From the NCBI RefSeq assembly GCF_963921235.1, contig NC_086120.1, positions 19,282,001 to 19,346,000 on the forward strand: a stretch of 64,000 nucleotides of DNA, in the 5' to 3' direction. This DNA comes from Mobula hypostoma. Taxonomy: Eukaryota. A program made the translations under genes and the position numbers. Numbering within the stretch: position 1 is the first letter of the stretch; each line of letters opens with the position of its first letter. This document shows, piece by piece, positions 50,540-63,136 of the stretch. The notes beneath the pieces were generated by a model. That model ran no database searches. It worked only from the letters and a program-made list of their open reading frames with translations, and was not told where the DNA came from.

Positions 50540-51470
50540 GAATGATCATGAGCCGGAGATTCCAAGGAGCTAATGGAAATGTTGCATTTTTTCAAGAACT
50601 TTTTAAGCATATCCTTGAATATTTTCCTCTGTCCACCCTCTTTGCTTGAGAAAGTTCAGAATAGGTCATCTGTTTGAAGAGTCTACTGTCAGGTATGCAT
50701 ATAACACATCTTATGCCAATATAGTGTATTATTGTAATAAGGGCTTCAATAATGGGAGTGTTGGCTAGGGAAAGAATATCAACATTAATTCCCTTGCCCT
50801 TCCAATAAATTTGGAGGACTTTGCAGAGCCAGCGTTGATATACTTTTTCATTGCTTTGAGATGCCTGCTCCAAAAGTAAACATCTTACAAGTATATAGAA
50901 GACTGAGGATCACCATTAACCAGAACACCAGGTCCAGTATGCCAGATCTGACATCTTGATCTTTAAAAACCATTTTCTTTAACTGCTCAAATATTATTCT
51001 GGTGCACTAAAGAGGAATTTCATCTGTTTTCACTGAGAAGTGGTTCCTAAGATATTGGAAGTGGTCCATGTTTTTCACAGTCTCATCTTTATTGTTTTAC
51101 ACACTGCTGAGACTAGTGGATCGTCCAAAGTTAAACCAGCAGTTACAACACTTTTAGCTGGCTTCAGGATTCAGAAATTCGGCATTCCAGCTGAGCCAAA
51201 ATGCCAATATTCTAATTTGTCAGAGGCCGTGTGATAACAGTTTTCTATACAGTTTAGCATGGCACTGTAATTGCCAAATGCCTGCACATCCTGCTCATGC
51301 CTTACGCCAACAGTACCAATTCTCATTTTGCCAACAATGGAAAGCAAGGAGAATGTCAGTAGAGTCTTTGTATGACCTGAAGAAGTGTTTCCCTGCTGGC
51401 CCCAAATGAAGTGATTGCCAAATCTGAATAAACTTCCAGGTAACCGGAAAAGAACTGCCACATTTCTGCA
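50540..51470 (-). mobile_element. Degenerate RTE-clade LINE
   Basis: Remnants FSLLSIVGK and YQRWLCKVLQIYW...IPDSRLFKQMTYSEL in minus-strand ORFs. Confidence 0.65.
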
Positions 51471-51687
51471 CAGATAACATCAGCTCTCTCCTGAAAGGTC
51501 TGAATTTTACTCACTTGGAGTTAACCCCCTGTGGCCAGGACAGAGACAGGAACAATGTGGCCTGCAGGCTGAAGATCCATTGTTTTAACCCAGCCGGTGA
51601 ATATAAGCTTTGTTCCCTCAGGGCCAGGATGCGTACGCAATGTTATTAAAGTTTTAGGTGATCTAATCAAAAATTTTAACCATTATT

Positions 51688-52415
51688 AATCGGAAGTGCA
51701 AAGGGACTTGGGGGTCCTCGTGCAGGATACCCTAAAGGTTAACCACTAGGCTGGATCGGCGGTAAGGAAAGTGAATGCTATGTTGGCATTCATTTCAAGA
51801 GGAATAGTGTATAAGAGTAAGGAGGTGTTGATGAGGCTCTATGGGGCATTAGTGAGACCTCATTTGGAATACTGTGTGCAGTTTTGGGCCCCCTATCTTA
51901 GAAAGGATGTACTGATGTTGGAGAGAGTTCAGAGAAGATTTACGAGGATGATTCCTGGAATGCAGGGGCTAACATATGAGGAGCATTTGTCAGCTCTTGG
52001 ACTGTATTCATTAGCGTATAGAAGAATGAGAGGGGATCTCATAGAAACATTTCGAATGTTGAAAGGGTTGGACAGAGTAGATGTGGAAAGGTTGTTTCCC
52101 TTGGTGGGTGGGTCCAGGACAAAAAGCCATAGTCTTAGAATTAGAGGGTACCCAGTTAAAACAGAGATGAGGAGAAATTTTTTTAGCCAGAGGGTCGTGG
52201 ATTTGTGGAATTCGTTGCCACATACAGCTGTGGAGGCCCGATCATTGAGGGTGTTTAAGGAGGAGATGACAGGTATCTAATTAGTCAGGGTATCAAGGGA
52301 TATGGGGAAAAAGCCGAAAATTGGAACTAGATGGGTGAATAGTTTAGCTCATGCGGCAGCTGCGGAGCAGACTCGATGGGCCGAATGGCCTACTTCTGCT
52401 CCTTTGTCTTGTGAT
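51688..52415 (+). mobile_element. CR1 LINE 3' region
   Basis: ORF 51771-52280 LVRPHLEYCVQFWAPYLRKDVLMLERVQRRFTRMIPG...RNFFSQRVVDLWNSLP; (tcttgtga)n tail. Confidence 0.93.
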
Positions 52416-52819
52416 CTTGTGATTAAAGGTTCATGCCTACCAGCTAAACAGCTGGGTGATGGACCATATCCTTGTACTGAGGGTTGCAGATTACAATGCA
52501 ATGAGAACCTGTGAATTGCAAAGCTTTTCAGGACAGAGCTGGCCATTAAAAGGGCCTCACAAGTCACTTGATAGCTTCCAAACAGAAGGCTGCATTTGGG
52601 AATGTACTGGGAGAAAAAGAATAGCTGGAGGCTGGTAACTGGTATATATCAGATCTAGCCCATTTCTCTGAACCAATTTATGTTAGTATGCTTTTTGGTA
52701 GAATTCCATATCCTTCAAGGCGTGTCTGGGTTCTGAAAGAGTTGATGATTGGTAAAACGTAGTTCTGAACAACAGCCTTCCCATTTGACCAATTAGGTCA
52801 TTATAGCTACTTAATGCAC

Positions 52820-53095
52820 CACGGTAGCATAGCAGTTAACATGTCTTGGGGCATCAGAATGTGGAGTTCAAATTTAGCTGTCTGGAGATAGTTTGTATGT
52901 TCTCTCCATGACTGCGTGGGTTTTCTCTGGGTGCTCAGGCTTCCTCCCATAGTCCAAAGACGTATCAGTTAGTAGGTTAATTGGTCTTTATAAATTATCT
53001 TGTGATTAGGCTAGTGTTAAAATAGGTGGGGTGCTGGGCAGTGTGGCTCATTGGGCCAGAAGGGACTGCTCCATGCTGTACCTCTAAATCAACGA
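52820..53095 (+). mobile_element. HE1/V-type SINE
   Basis: gcaccacggtagcatagc...ggagttcaaat...ttcctcccatagtccaaagacgta...gctgtacctctaaa. Confidence 0.85.
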
Positions 53096-53609
53096 ATAAA
53101 CTGAATTAAAACTACGTGCCTAAATAACCTTGCTGTTAGCTAGGGAACACTATTCATCATCCTAACAACTGTCCATACAGTTTTCATGAACTTTTAGCAG
53201 CAACTTTCAAATCCTAGAGACCATGTCTAGCCTAGCTGCCAGTAAAGGAGGCCTCTGGCAATGTGAGCAGATCAAAGTAATAGACTTAAGGTATAATGAA
53301 ACTCCCTTGATGCAACAAAACCTACATGAGAATTTTTAAAAACTTTTGCAGGTGTTGTACATCAAAGCTTTTGGCTTAAAATAGATTTCAGCAATTTGTC
53401 CTGATGTGCAGATATAAACTCTTAACATGAAATTGATCCAGACTTCCAGCATCTGCAGTCTCTCATGCACTACTCATCCACAGAAATGCTCTGGCAATTG
53501 TTTAAACTATGTCTGCATTCACCATCCCCAGTTTAAAATTCCTATGTTTTAAAATACATTAGAAAACACTTTAAAATGAGACAAATCAAAGCCATTGCAT
53601 AACTAACAA

Positions 53610-53950
53610 AGCAGATGAAAGCTCTACCGTGTGAATGGTGGTGGACAATTAAACAACTAATTGGAAGCAGCCTGTGCTGTGTAGGAATGCAAGGAGCTGC
53701 AGAAAGCAATGGACTCAGCTCAATATATCACGGGGAGATCATTGGAAGTTTCTACATGAGGCACCACCTCAAGATTGAAATCAAAGATCTGCACCATCCA
53801 GGCCATGCCATCTTTTCACAGCTACAATTATGAAACAGGCCTGAAGTACCACATCACCAGGTTCGAGAATAACTACATCCCTTCAACTACTCAGTTTTTA
53901 CACAAACATGCACAATCCTAAACACTGCCTCGGTATATAGCAACACCATG
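53610..53950 (+). mobile_element. Degenerate Rex1/Babar-clade fragment
   Basis: aagctgcagaaag / catccaggccatgcc / cacatcaccaggttc landmarks shared with other Rex copies. Confidence 0.6.
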
Positions 53951-53989
53951 ACCAGCTCAATGATATCTCCCACATCTTCATCAGGCTTG

Positions 53990-55025
53990 ATACTTTCACA
54001 ATCTGGCCCTTCGAGTCGCACTGCCTAGCAATCCCCTGATCTAATCCACGCCTAATCATGGGACAATTTACAGTGACTATAAATTGATACTTCCAGTCAA
54101 GATGGCATCTTCTGGATAGATCATGAAACCATGTATTTCACTTCTGTTATGCCTTTTACATTTGCTTTTCATCTTGAATGTTATTCTGGAACTGTTGGAG
54201 CCTGCAAATTGCAGTTTGGAGATCGTTTGGGTGTTTCAGCGCTCTGCAGTCTCCAAGGGGTTTCCAGGAGGCAGAGGCAGTGTGTGGGAACCTTGTGGTG
54301 AGAAGGCTATGAGCCGATGTTCAACTCCGCTGTTCAAGATTAAAGTGATGAGGGAGACCGAAATCCAGCTGTCTGCCTTTTTATTGCTGGGGGGATCGCT
54401 CTGCTATCAGAGAGGGGAGTCTGCCATTTTATCACTGGTGAGATTGTTCTGCTATGAAGAGGGGAGGTTGCCTTTTTATTGCTGGTGATATGCGGAGAGA
54501 GGAGACTGTCTTTTTTTATCACCGGTGAGATTACTCTGCTACAGAGAAGGGACACTGCCTTTTTATTGCTGGTGAGATAGCTCTGCTATGGAGAGGGGAA
54601 TGTTGCCCAGGTTTTCTGCATTCTGGATGTGGACTTTTTGTCAGTCTTATGGTTTTTTTGTATTCTGCCCAACCTTTCTCATTTTCTTGTGTGCAGGGAG
54701 GGGGATTTGGGGGTCGATGTGCCTGTTCCTTTTTAGTTCTTTTTTTTTGTGCGTGGGAGGGATTTGGTGATTGGTGATCACGTTACCGTTTTTTTCTTTC
54801 TTAGTTTTGTGGCTATCTGCAGAAGAAGAATTTCAGGGTTGTACATATTGATAATAAATGAACCTTTGAACCTTTGACCGATTTTTGGCTGTGTGAGGAA
54901 ACCTGAGCACCCGGTGGAAACCCACGTGGTCTCAGGAAGAAGATACAAACCCCGTACAGGCAGCAGCGAGAATCAAACTCCGGTCACTGGTACTGTAAAG
55001 TGTGATGAGCACTATGTTACCATGC
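53990..55025 (-). mobile_element. HE1/V-type SINE split by the 54098-54877 insertion
   Basis: Tail half at 53990-54097; V-domain and head half at 54878-55025. Confidence 0.75.
54098..54877 (+). mobile_element. Unclassified non-autonomous retroelement with internal ~48-bp tandem array
   Basis: Starts caagatggc, ends aataaatg(aacctttg)2; about 5 copies of ctgcctttttattgctggtgagat...agaggggag at 54373-54605. Confidence 0.65.
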
Positions 55026-55859
55026 CTAGTGCAAATCCAATTAATGTTCGGTTAATAAAATGAATACCTAAGTTGTATTTGGTTCTATCAGCCTTTAAAT
55101 ACATCAATTTGGATGGATAACTATTTTAAATCTAATAAACAACAACAGGTCACAAATGGGACTGAACAATACCCAGCAGCACAGAGCAGAAGCACATATT
55201 AGAAACAAACATGGATATTAATACAGGAATGATTTAAACAAAAGATAGAGAAATATGAAATATGAAGAGAAAATACTGAAACCTTTTCAGGAGTTATTTT
55301 CAACCACAATTCTCTTCGAAGCAATGCCAATGAAATGTACAATTGTGGAGCTAGCAGGTTATGAAAATCACTTTTAATTTTGTCTTTAAATTTTCATGAT
55401 GGGACAAATCAATTATATTGAAAATCAGATGGATCTTGTTTCAGGAACAAGACGGATGACATTAGAAAGAAAGTCAAACTTTGAAGGAAATAAATAGGCC
55501 AGTGGAACCACCCACCCAGAAATAAGGCATCAAGGGTCAATAGAGATCACCAACATGGGAAAGAATAAAGCATTCAGACATTGATGGATGAATCTAGGCA
55601 TCAAAACAGAGAGAACATAAAAGTGTGGAATGGGCTTTAATTAAAACTTTATACCAACAGAGGAAGAGACATTTTCAATTTAGTTCCCTGTGGTTTTCAA
55701 CAACATTTAGTGAAATACCTCATGATAGTGATGAAAATCAAGCTTTGTAGCTTTATTTTTGCCCCCATTAAAAAAAAAATTGCAGAGTTTACATTCTTTG
55801 AGTTAATTTTCCGTATATTTCCGAGGCTTGGAAGTTATATCAATGCAGCAGGAGTGAGA

Positions 55860-56620
55860 TAGAGCTCAAGTTGAGTGGGGTCACAACCTTGCAATCAACG
55901 TCAGTAAGTCCCAAAGAATCGATTGTGGACTTCAGGAAGGGGTAGTCAAGGGAACACACGCCAGTCTTGTCAAGAGATCAGAAGTGGAAAGGATGAGCAG
56001 TTTCAAGTTCCTGAGTGTCAGTATCTCTGAGGACTTAACCGAGGCCCAACATATTGATGCAATTACTTCATTAAATGTTTGAGGAGAATTGGTATGCCAC
56101 CAAAGACACTAGCAAATTTCTACTAATGTCTCAAGGAGAGCTTTTTAACTGGTTGCATCACCATCTGGAGGGGCCACTGCACAGAATCAGAAAAAGCTGC
56201 AGAAAATTGCAGTCAGTCACTTTCGTCGTGGGCACCAGCCTCCTCAGCATTCAGGGCACCTTCAAAAATTGATGACTCAAAGAAGTGGCATCCATCACTA
56301 AGGACTCCCATCACCTAGGATATGATCTCATCTCACTGCAACCATCAAAGAGGAAGTTCAGGGGCCTGCAGACACATGCTCAACATTTTAAGAACAGGTT
56401 CTTACCCTCCACCATCAGATTTCTGAATGGACAATGAACCCATGAACACTACTTCAGTATTTCTCCCCGTCCTTATTTTTGTACTACTTATTTAATTTAA
56501 TTTTCTTTTTTATACCTACTTCTTACTGTAAATTATAGTTTTTATGTATTGTAATGTACCACTGCCGCAAAACAACAAATTTCACAATATACAATGGTGA
56601 TATTAAACCTGATCTGATTA
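55860..56620 (+). mobile_element. Rex1/Babar-clade LINE 3' fragment
   Basis: gattgtggacttcaggaagggg ... aaacctgatctgatt. Confidence 0.82.
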
Positions 56621-58389
56621 CTGTTCCAATGAATCACATATTACTGGCATTTTATGGTTAAGGACATTAATATTTGATTTATTGACCCAATAAAATTTAT
56701 AACCAAAAGCAAGACCCTTCCATTCACCACTGTTTCATCCTAGGGCAAAAAAAAAACACTCATACAGATGACAAACACTAGCCAGAAAATATTTTAAGTG
56801 GAACACATGAAAAGAAAGGAAGTAAGGGCAAGTATATTTCTTCCTCAAACCTCTCTATTTTTTATGCCAATTAATTTTGAAGCATTGTCACACCTGTTTC
56901 TTCACATCTACAAACTTTCAGTTAAGACGGCGCTACCAAATGCATGCAACAGCTCACTGGTAGTTCAAAAGGCAAGGGATTCAACTAAAAACATTACTAA
57001 TTTCTGAAGTAAGTTGCAGTAAATTATCACCACAGATAATGAAGAAGCAAGCAAAGGCGAAGCAAATTTGAGGGATGTACTGTGCTAGTACGTTGCAGAG
57101 TACACGCAGATGGAGTGCGCCATTTGGAGAGGAGAAACTACAACTGGCACAGGTGTGACGCTGGATCACTCAGAGCGCCGAGCCAATTTGGAGAAATCAA
57201 GGGCGGCTTCGGGCAGGGTGGCAAAATCTGTTCCTCGAACAAGTCACTGGGTGGCGTGCTCTAGGTCTGGAGCCCTTCGTTGCAGTGATGCCAGGGTCCT
57301 AGTGCAAGGTATGATACAATGTTTTAACAATTTAAACACCAGCCAGAGAGCCTGGAAAACAGGGTGCCACGATCGGACGTGAGAGCCAATTTCATGCGTT
57401 CTCCCACTATGTTCACTCCTCTCTCCATGGCACTGAGGCTATGATGACTACCCCAGCTGCTGTGCTCTTGATAATATCATGAACTGATACCGAGGCTTTG
57501 GGCCTACTCCGGGCTGCTCTGGGGTTTGGACCTAAGGATTCATTTTGGTTCAGAATGTTGTTGCTCACCTCTATAGTCTGCATAATTTGTACCTTCAAAA
57601 CCACAGCTATCTTACAGGAATCATAGTACTTTTCTAAAATATATGCTCTGATCTAAAATGCATTTAGGGCAATTAATTTCATTACTGGTCAAACAGCCGT
57701 GTATTTAGTATGGACAATACTTGCAGCACAATTTGTTGAAGTTGCTGCCAACTGTGAAAACTAAGGACAGTAAATGTGATGAAACTCAGATCAGGATGAT
57801 AAAGTTCTAAAAAAAAAATGAGCAGTTAGACTTGTGCTAAGTATGCTGAACTCAGATTGTGAAAAAAATAAGACAAAGCTGAAAAAAAAACCTCAGAATG
57901 AAGAGAGACTAATTACAAAATGAAGCAATGGTGCAAGATAAAAGATGGCAGCATTGAACGAATAAAGAATAATTGCTCTAGACCAAAGGAAAATGGTGAA
58001 ATAGACTCATCTGAAATAGCATGTGGTGAGATGCACAGGACTAGTCAATTGGAGGACTGCACTAACAATCCTGAACTCCAAGTTTAAAATCTCACTGCAG
58101 CAGCATGTGGAATTTAAATTCAGTTTATCATCTAGAATTGAAGACAAAATTTGTCAATATTAGGGACGATAATAAAACTTGTGAACTGTAAAAATCCAAC
58201 TGATTCACATATTTTTCAGGAGAAATCTGCCATCTTTATCAAGTCTGGCCAATATACAATTCTGATCTCCAATGTGCTTGATCTTTAATGGCCTATCAAG
58301 TCAGTCCTCTCAAGGACATTTAGTGATTGTTAAAAAATTTCTGGCCATACCAACACAAACAGATCCTGAACCGAAATAAATAAATACAA

Positions 58390-58740
58390 TTGAGTCCAAC
58401 ACTGAGGCTGGAAGGCTGCAAGGTGCCCAGTTAAAAGATGCGCTGAGATGTCAATTCTTGAACTTAAATTTTGCTTTAGTGTAACAGTGTAGGAGGATGA
58501 GGATCAGAGAAGTGAGAATTAAAGTGACAGTGAAATGAATCACAATGTTCCACTGTAGAGTAAAATGTGAGACATATCAGAATGTGGGTAGCTATAATAA
58601 TATAATGAAGACACATCATCTGAAAGGAGAAAAGGCAGAAATGCAGTTAGGATAACTACAGAAATCTGTAGCCTCATAATGAATGTTAGTTGTGAAAGTA
58701 TTCTTGGAAAAGAGATGATAGAAGTCAAAGAGAGGAAGAG
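58390..58740 (-). mobile_element. Degenerate Penelope-like fragment
   Basis: gaggctggaaggctgcaaggtgccc...cagtgtaggagg parallels the minus-strand arm of the young element. Confidence 0.5.
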
Positions 58741-60034
58741 GAGATTGCTCTTGTGAGGTGAATTTCATTCATTATTTAAATGGACACTGGCATGAACCAA
58801 GTGTTTTGAAGTTGATGTTCCACTAACCTGCCCACATTCACCAAATTGATATAGAAAAGCAGCTACTTGTGTTTGGTAACCTGCTGTTAGGAACTGTACT
58901 TGTGTAAAACTCGGAGGAGAGGACACCTACAGTACCACAACTCTAACCTAGGCCTTGCACAAATCCTAGTAAGTAGAAATGCACAAGAAAAAAACTTTAA
59001 AATTATGCAATTAGAGTTGTTGGTAAGAGTTTTGCTTTAAGAGCCTTTTTGAACAGCAATACAAATAAAATTGAGCATCTTAACCAAAATAATATTACTG
59101 TGTGGCTCACGTTTCATAGAGCACATTTACTCTAGAATATATGATTAATATTCTAAACCATGATCATTACATTTACAACATATAATAGAGATTAACTATT
59201 TAACGTTAGTAATTTTCCAACCATGCTACAAAGGTGGTAAAGCAATTGCATTGCTCTTTTATTTTGCAACAACAGTAATGCTCCTTGAAGCTACTGTTAC
59301 GTGACTAGGTCATTAATGGAAGGATTAATGAAGCACAATACAAGGTCACCTTATTTGACGGGGTGCACAACAGTTACTGAAATGAACTAGTTTATGAGTG
59401 AAGCTTCATGCTGTTATTGTGCAGTGAAAGGTGAGATCTATGCATCGATCCCACCTGCTCTGCAGCAAAATGTCAGTGTTTTTATGATCTACTGTATCTT
59501 TCATTAAGATGCTCATGTGAAGAGGCAATTTATTTGACTCCATAAAGATGAAATGACAGCTTCCTTAGCTCCTCTCTCTGCACACACTCTCCCCATTGCC
59601 ATGGGGGGAGTGGAGGGGGGGGAGAAGGCTTGAGGGTGGGGGGGGAGGAAGAGAGGCACACAAAGTGGTGGAGGAGGGAGCACGGGGGTAAGACAAGAGA
59701 GTATGCTGGGCAGGGAGAAGGTGTGGGAGAGTAGCATAGCAAGCTACTCAAGTTACATTAAATCCTTGTATTAAAGCACAAAAATAAAAGTTAATCCCAT
59801 CAGGCACCAATGCAAAAATTGCATCAAACATAACTAAGTGCATACATTCCTAGTTGATTCTGCAAATTTCCTCTTAAAATCTTGACGTACCTGAATTAGA
59901 AAAGCCTTAGTGTAGATGTCTTACAGGACTACACCTTTTAGGCAAAAATTGCAGCATTTCATTCATAATACCTGGAAACATCCCATCTCACTGGCAGGAC
60001 AGGTTCATTAGACTATTTATGTCAGCATACAAAG

Positions 60035-61932
60035 TGTTTCCTCACCACTGACTCCACCTATGTCAAGATCCTGACTGCAGGTCAGCTGACGTCAACGACC
60101 TACTGCTGTCCCGTAATTGATGAATCTGCACTCCTCCAGTCTGAATGTCAGTTGGGCTATTTCAAGGGCGAAGAGACAACTTCGAAGGAGGTTGGAGGCG
60201 ACATCAGATGTACGACAACTCTGGCAGGGTTTGCAAGACATTACTTCCTACAAAGCGAAACCCAATAGCATGAATGGCAGTGATGCTTCACTACCAGTTG
60301 AAGTCAATGCCCACTTTGAAAGAGAGAATATAGATACAGCTGTGAAGATCCCTGTTGCACCCAGTGACCTCTGCCTCAGAGCTCAATCTTAGGCTATCTT
60401 TAAAGAGGGTGAACCCTTGCAAGGCGGAAGATCCTGACTGAGTACCTGGTAAGGCTCTGAAATTTGTACCAACCAACTGACAGGAGTATTCTATGACATT
60501 TTCAACCTCTCACTGCTATGGCGGAAGTTCCCACTTGCTTCAAAAAGACAACAATTATACCAGTGCCTAAGAAGAATAATCTGAGCTGCCTTAATGACTA
60601 TTACCTGGTAGCACTCACATGTACAGTGGTGAAACGCTTTGAGAGATTGGTCATGTCTAGATTGAACTTCTACCCCAGCAAGGGCCTGGACCCATTGCAA
60701 TTTGCCTATTGCCACACTAGGTCAACGGCAGATGCAATCTCAATGGCTCTTCACACAGCCTTAGACCACCTGGACAACACAAACGTCAGGATGTTGTTCA
60801 TCAACTATAGCTCAGCATTTAACACCATCATTCCCACAATCCTGATTGAGAAGTTACAGAACCTGGGCCTCTGTATCTCCCTCTGCAATTGGATCTTCTT
60901 CGACTTATTAACGAGACAACCACAATATGTGTGGATTGGTGATACTATCGCTGATGATCAACACTGGTGCAGCTCAGGGATGTGTGCTCTACCCACTGCT
61001 GTACTCTCTCTATACCCATGACTTCATGGCTAGGCATAGCTCAAATACCAGTTACAAATTTGCTGATGATACAACCATTGTTGGTAAAATCTCAGATGGT
61101 GGCGAGAGGGCATACAGGAGTAAGGTATGCCAACTAGTGGAATGGTGTCACAGCAAAATCCTGGCATTCAACATCAGTAAGACAAAAGAGCTGATTGTGG
61201 ACTTCAGGAAGGAGAAGACGAAGGAACACATACCATTTCTCATAGAGGGATCCGAAGAGGAGAATTGAGCAATTTCAAGTTCCTGGGTGTCAAGATTTCT
61301 GAGGACCTAACCTGGTCCCAACATATCAATGCAGTTACAAAGAAGGCAAGGCAGCGACTATACTTCATTTGAAGTTTGAAGAGATTTGGTATGTCAACAA
61401 ATACACTCAAAAACTATAGATGTCCCGTGGGGAGCATTCTGACAGGCTGCATCACTGTCTGGTATGGAGGAGGGGCTACTGCACAGGACCGAAAGAGGCT
61501 GCAGAGGGTTGTAAATTTAGTTGCCTCCATCTTGGGTACTAGCCTACAAAGTACCCAGGACATCTTCAAGGAGCAGTGTCTCAGAAAGGCAGCGTCCATT
61601 ATTAAGGACCTCCACCACCTTTTCTCACTGTTACCATCAGGCAGGAGGTACAGGAGCCTGAAGGCACACACTCAGCGATTCAGAAACAGCTTCTTCCCCT
61701 CTGCCATGCGTTTCCTAAATGGACATTGAACCCGTGAACACTCACTTTTTTAATATATAATTATTTCTGTTTTTGCAAGATTTTAATATATTCAATATAA
61801 GTATACTGTAAAATGAATTTATTTATTATTATTTTATTTTTTTCTTCTTCTTCTATATTATGTATTGCATTGAACTGCTGCTGCAAAGTTAACGAATTTC
61901 ACGACACATGCCGGTGACAAACCTGATTCTGA
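60035..61932 (+). mobile_element. Rex1/Babar-clade LINE, longest copy in window
   Basis: ORFs [16 protein letters not shown]...[58 protein letters not shown]; frameshifted. Confidence 0.92.
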
Positions 61933-62689
61933 AAAAGTACAAAATGTAATAAGGACAAAATGTACTCTTGGTGGAAAACAACATCATACAGTTATTAACA
62001 AATATGCATGGAAACAAGCCCTTCAGCCCAGAGTCTACACTGACTATCGACCACCCATTTACACTAAACTTACAAACCACACGCAACACCTAAATTCAGT
62101 ATTGGAACCAGGTGTCATAAGGCAGTAGCTCTGCTAGCCAAACCACTGTGCCACCCAGCAATGGCTTTGGCAGCCCCACCACTGATCATGCTGAGTGAAA
62201 CAGGACTAACTGCCACAGAAACATTTCTGCACTACAAATGAAAACACCCTCATCATGTTAGCAATATCACTAAAATACAAAAAGCTGTTGGTACAGGGAA
62301 TAATGGTGGTTGATAGGGTGCTGATCAAATGAGCTGTTCTGTCTTGGAAAACATCAACTTTTTGACATTTGTTGGAACTATAATCGTCCAGGTAACGAAG
62401 GAAATTTCATTACATTTCGGATTTATACCTTAGGAGTTAGGAAGTCAGATATTCACTGCAGTTCCTCTAACCTGTTCCTGTTGTCAAAGTATTAAGTGGT
62501 TGAACCAATCAATAATGAAAGATGTTGATAGTTAATACTAATGCCACTGAATGTCAATAGAATAGAATGTTCTAAGTAATAGAAAAAAATAGTAGACATG
62601 AAGCCATTAAACTAGGACACAGATGTCAAAAATTTTTCCAAAAAAAAGCTTCAGAGTTCAAGAACCAGTTAAAAAGTATGTGCCTGAAA

Positions 62690-63136
62690 CAAACATTCTT
62701 CATTGTTGGCAGAATCTCAGATGGTGACAGGAGGGTGTGCAGGAGTGAGATATACCAGCTATATGAGTGGTGTCACACCAACAGCCTTGCACTCAACATC
62801 AGTAAAACCAATCAGCTAATTGTGGACTTCAGAAAGGATAAGATGAAAGAACATTCAACAGTCCTCATACAGGGATCAGAAATGGAAGAGTGAGCAATTT
62901 CAAGTTCCCGAGTGTTAATATCTCTGAGGATCTAACCTAGTGCCAACATATCGATGCAGCTAATAAGAAGGCAAGACAGTAGCTATATTTCATTTGGAGT
63001 TTGGAAAAATTTGGCGTGTCACCGAAAACATTCGCAAATTTCTACATATGTACCATGGAGAGCATTCTGATTGGCTGCTAGTACGGGGTGGGGGGGGTCT
63101 ACTGCACGGGATCAAAGTAAGCTGCAGAAAGTTGTA
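62690..63136 (+). mobile_element. Rex1/Babar-clade fragment interrupted by Tc1
   Basis: IVGRISDGDRRVCRSEIYQLYEWCHTNSLALNISKT; breaks off at a TA where the Tc1 TIR begins. Confidence 0.85.
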
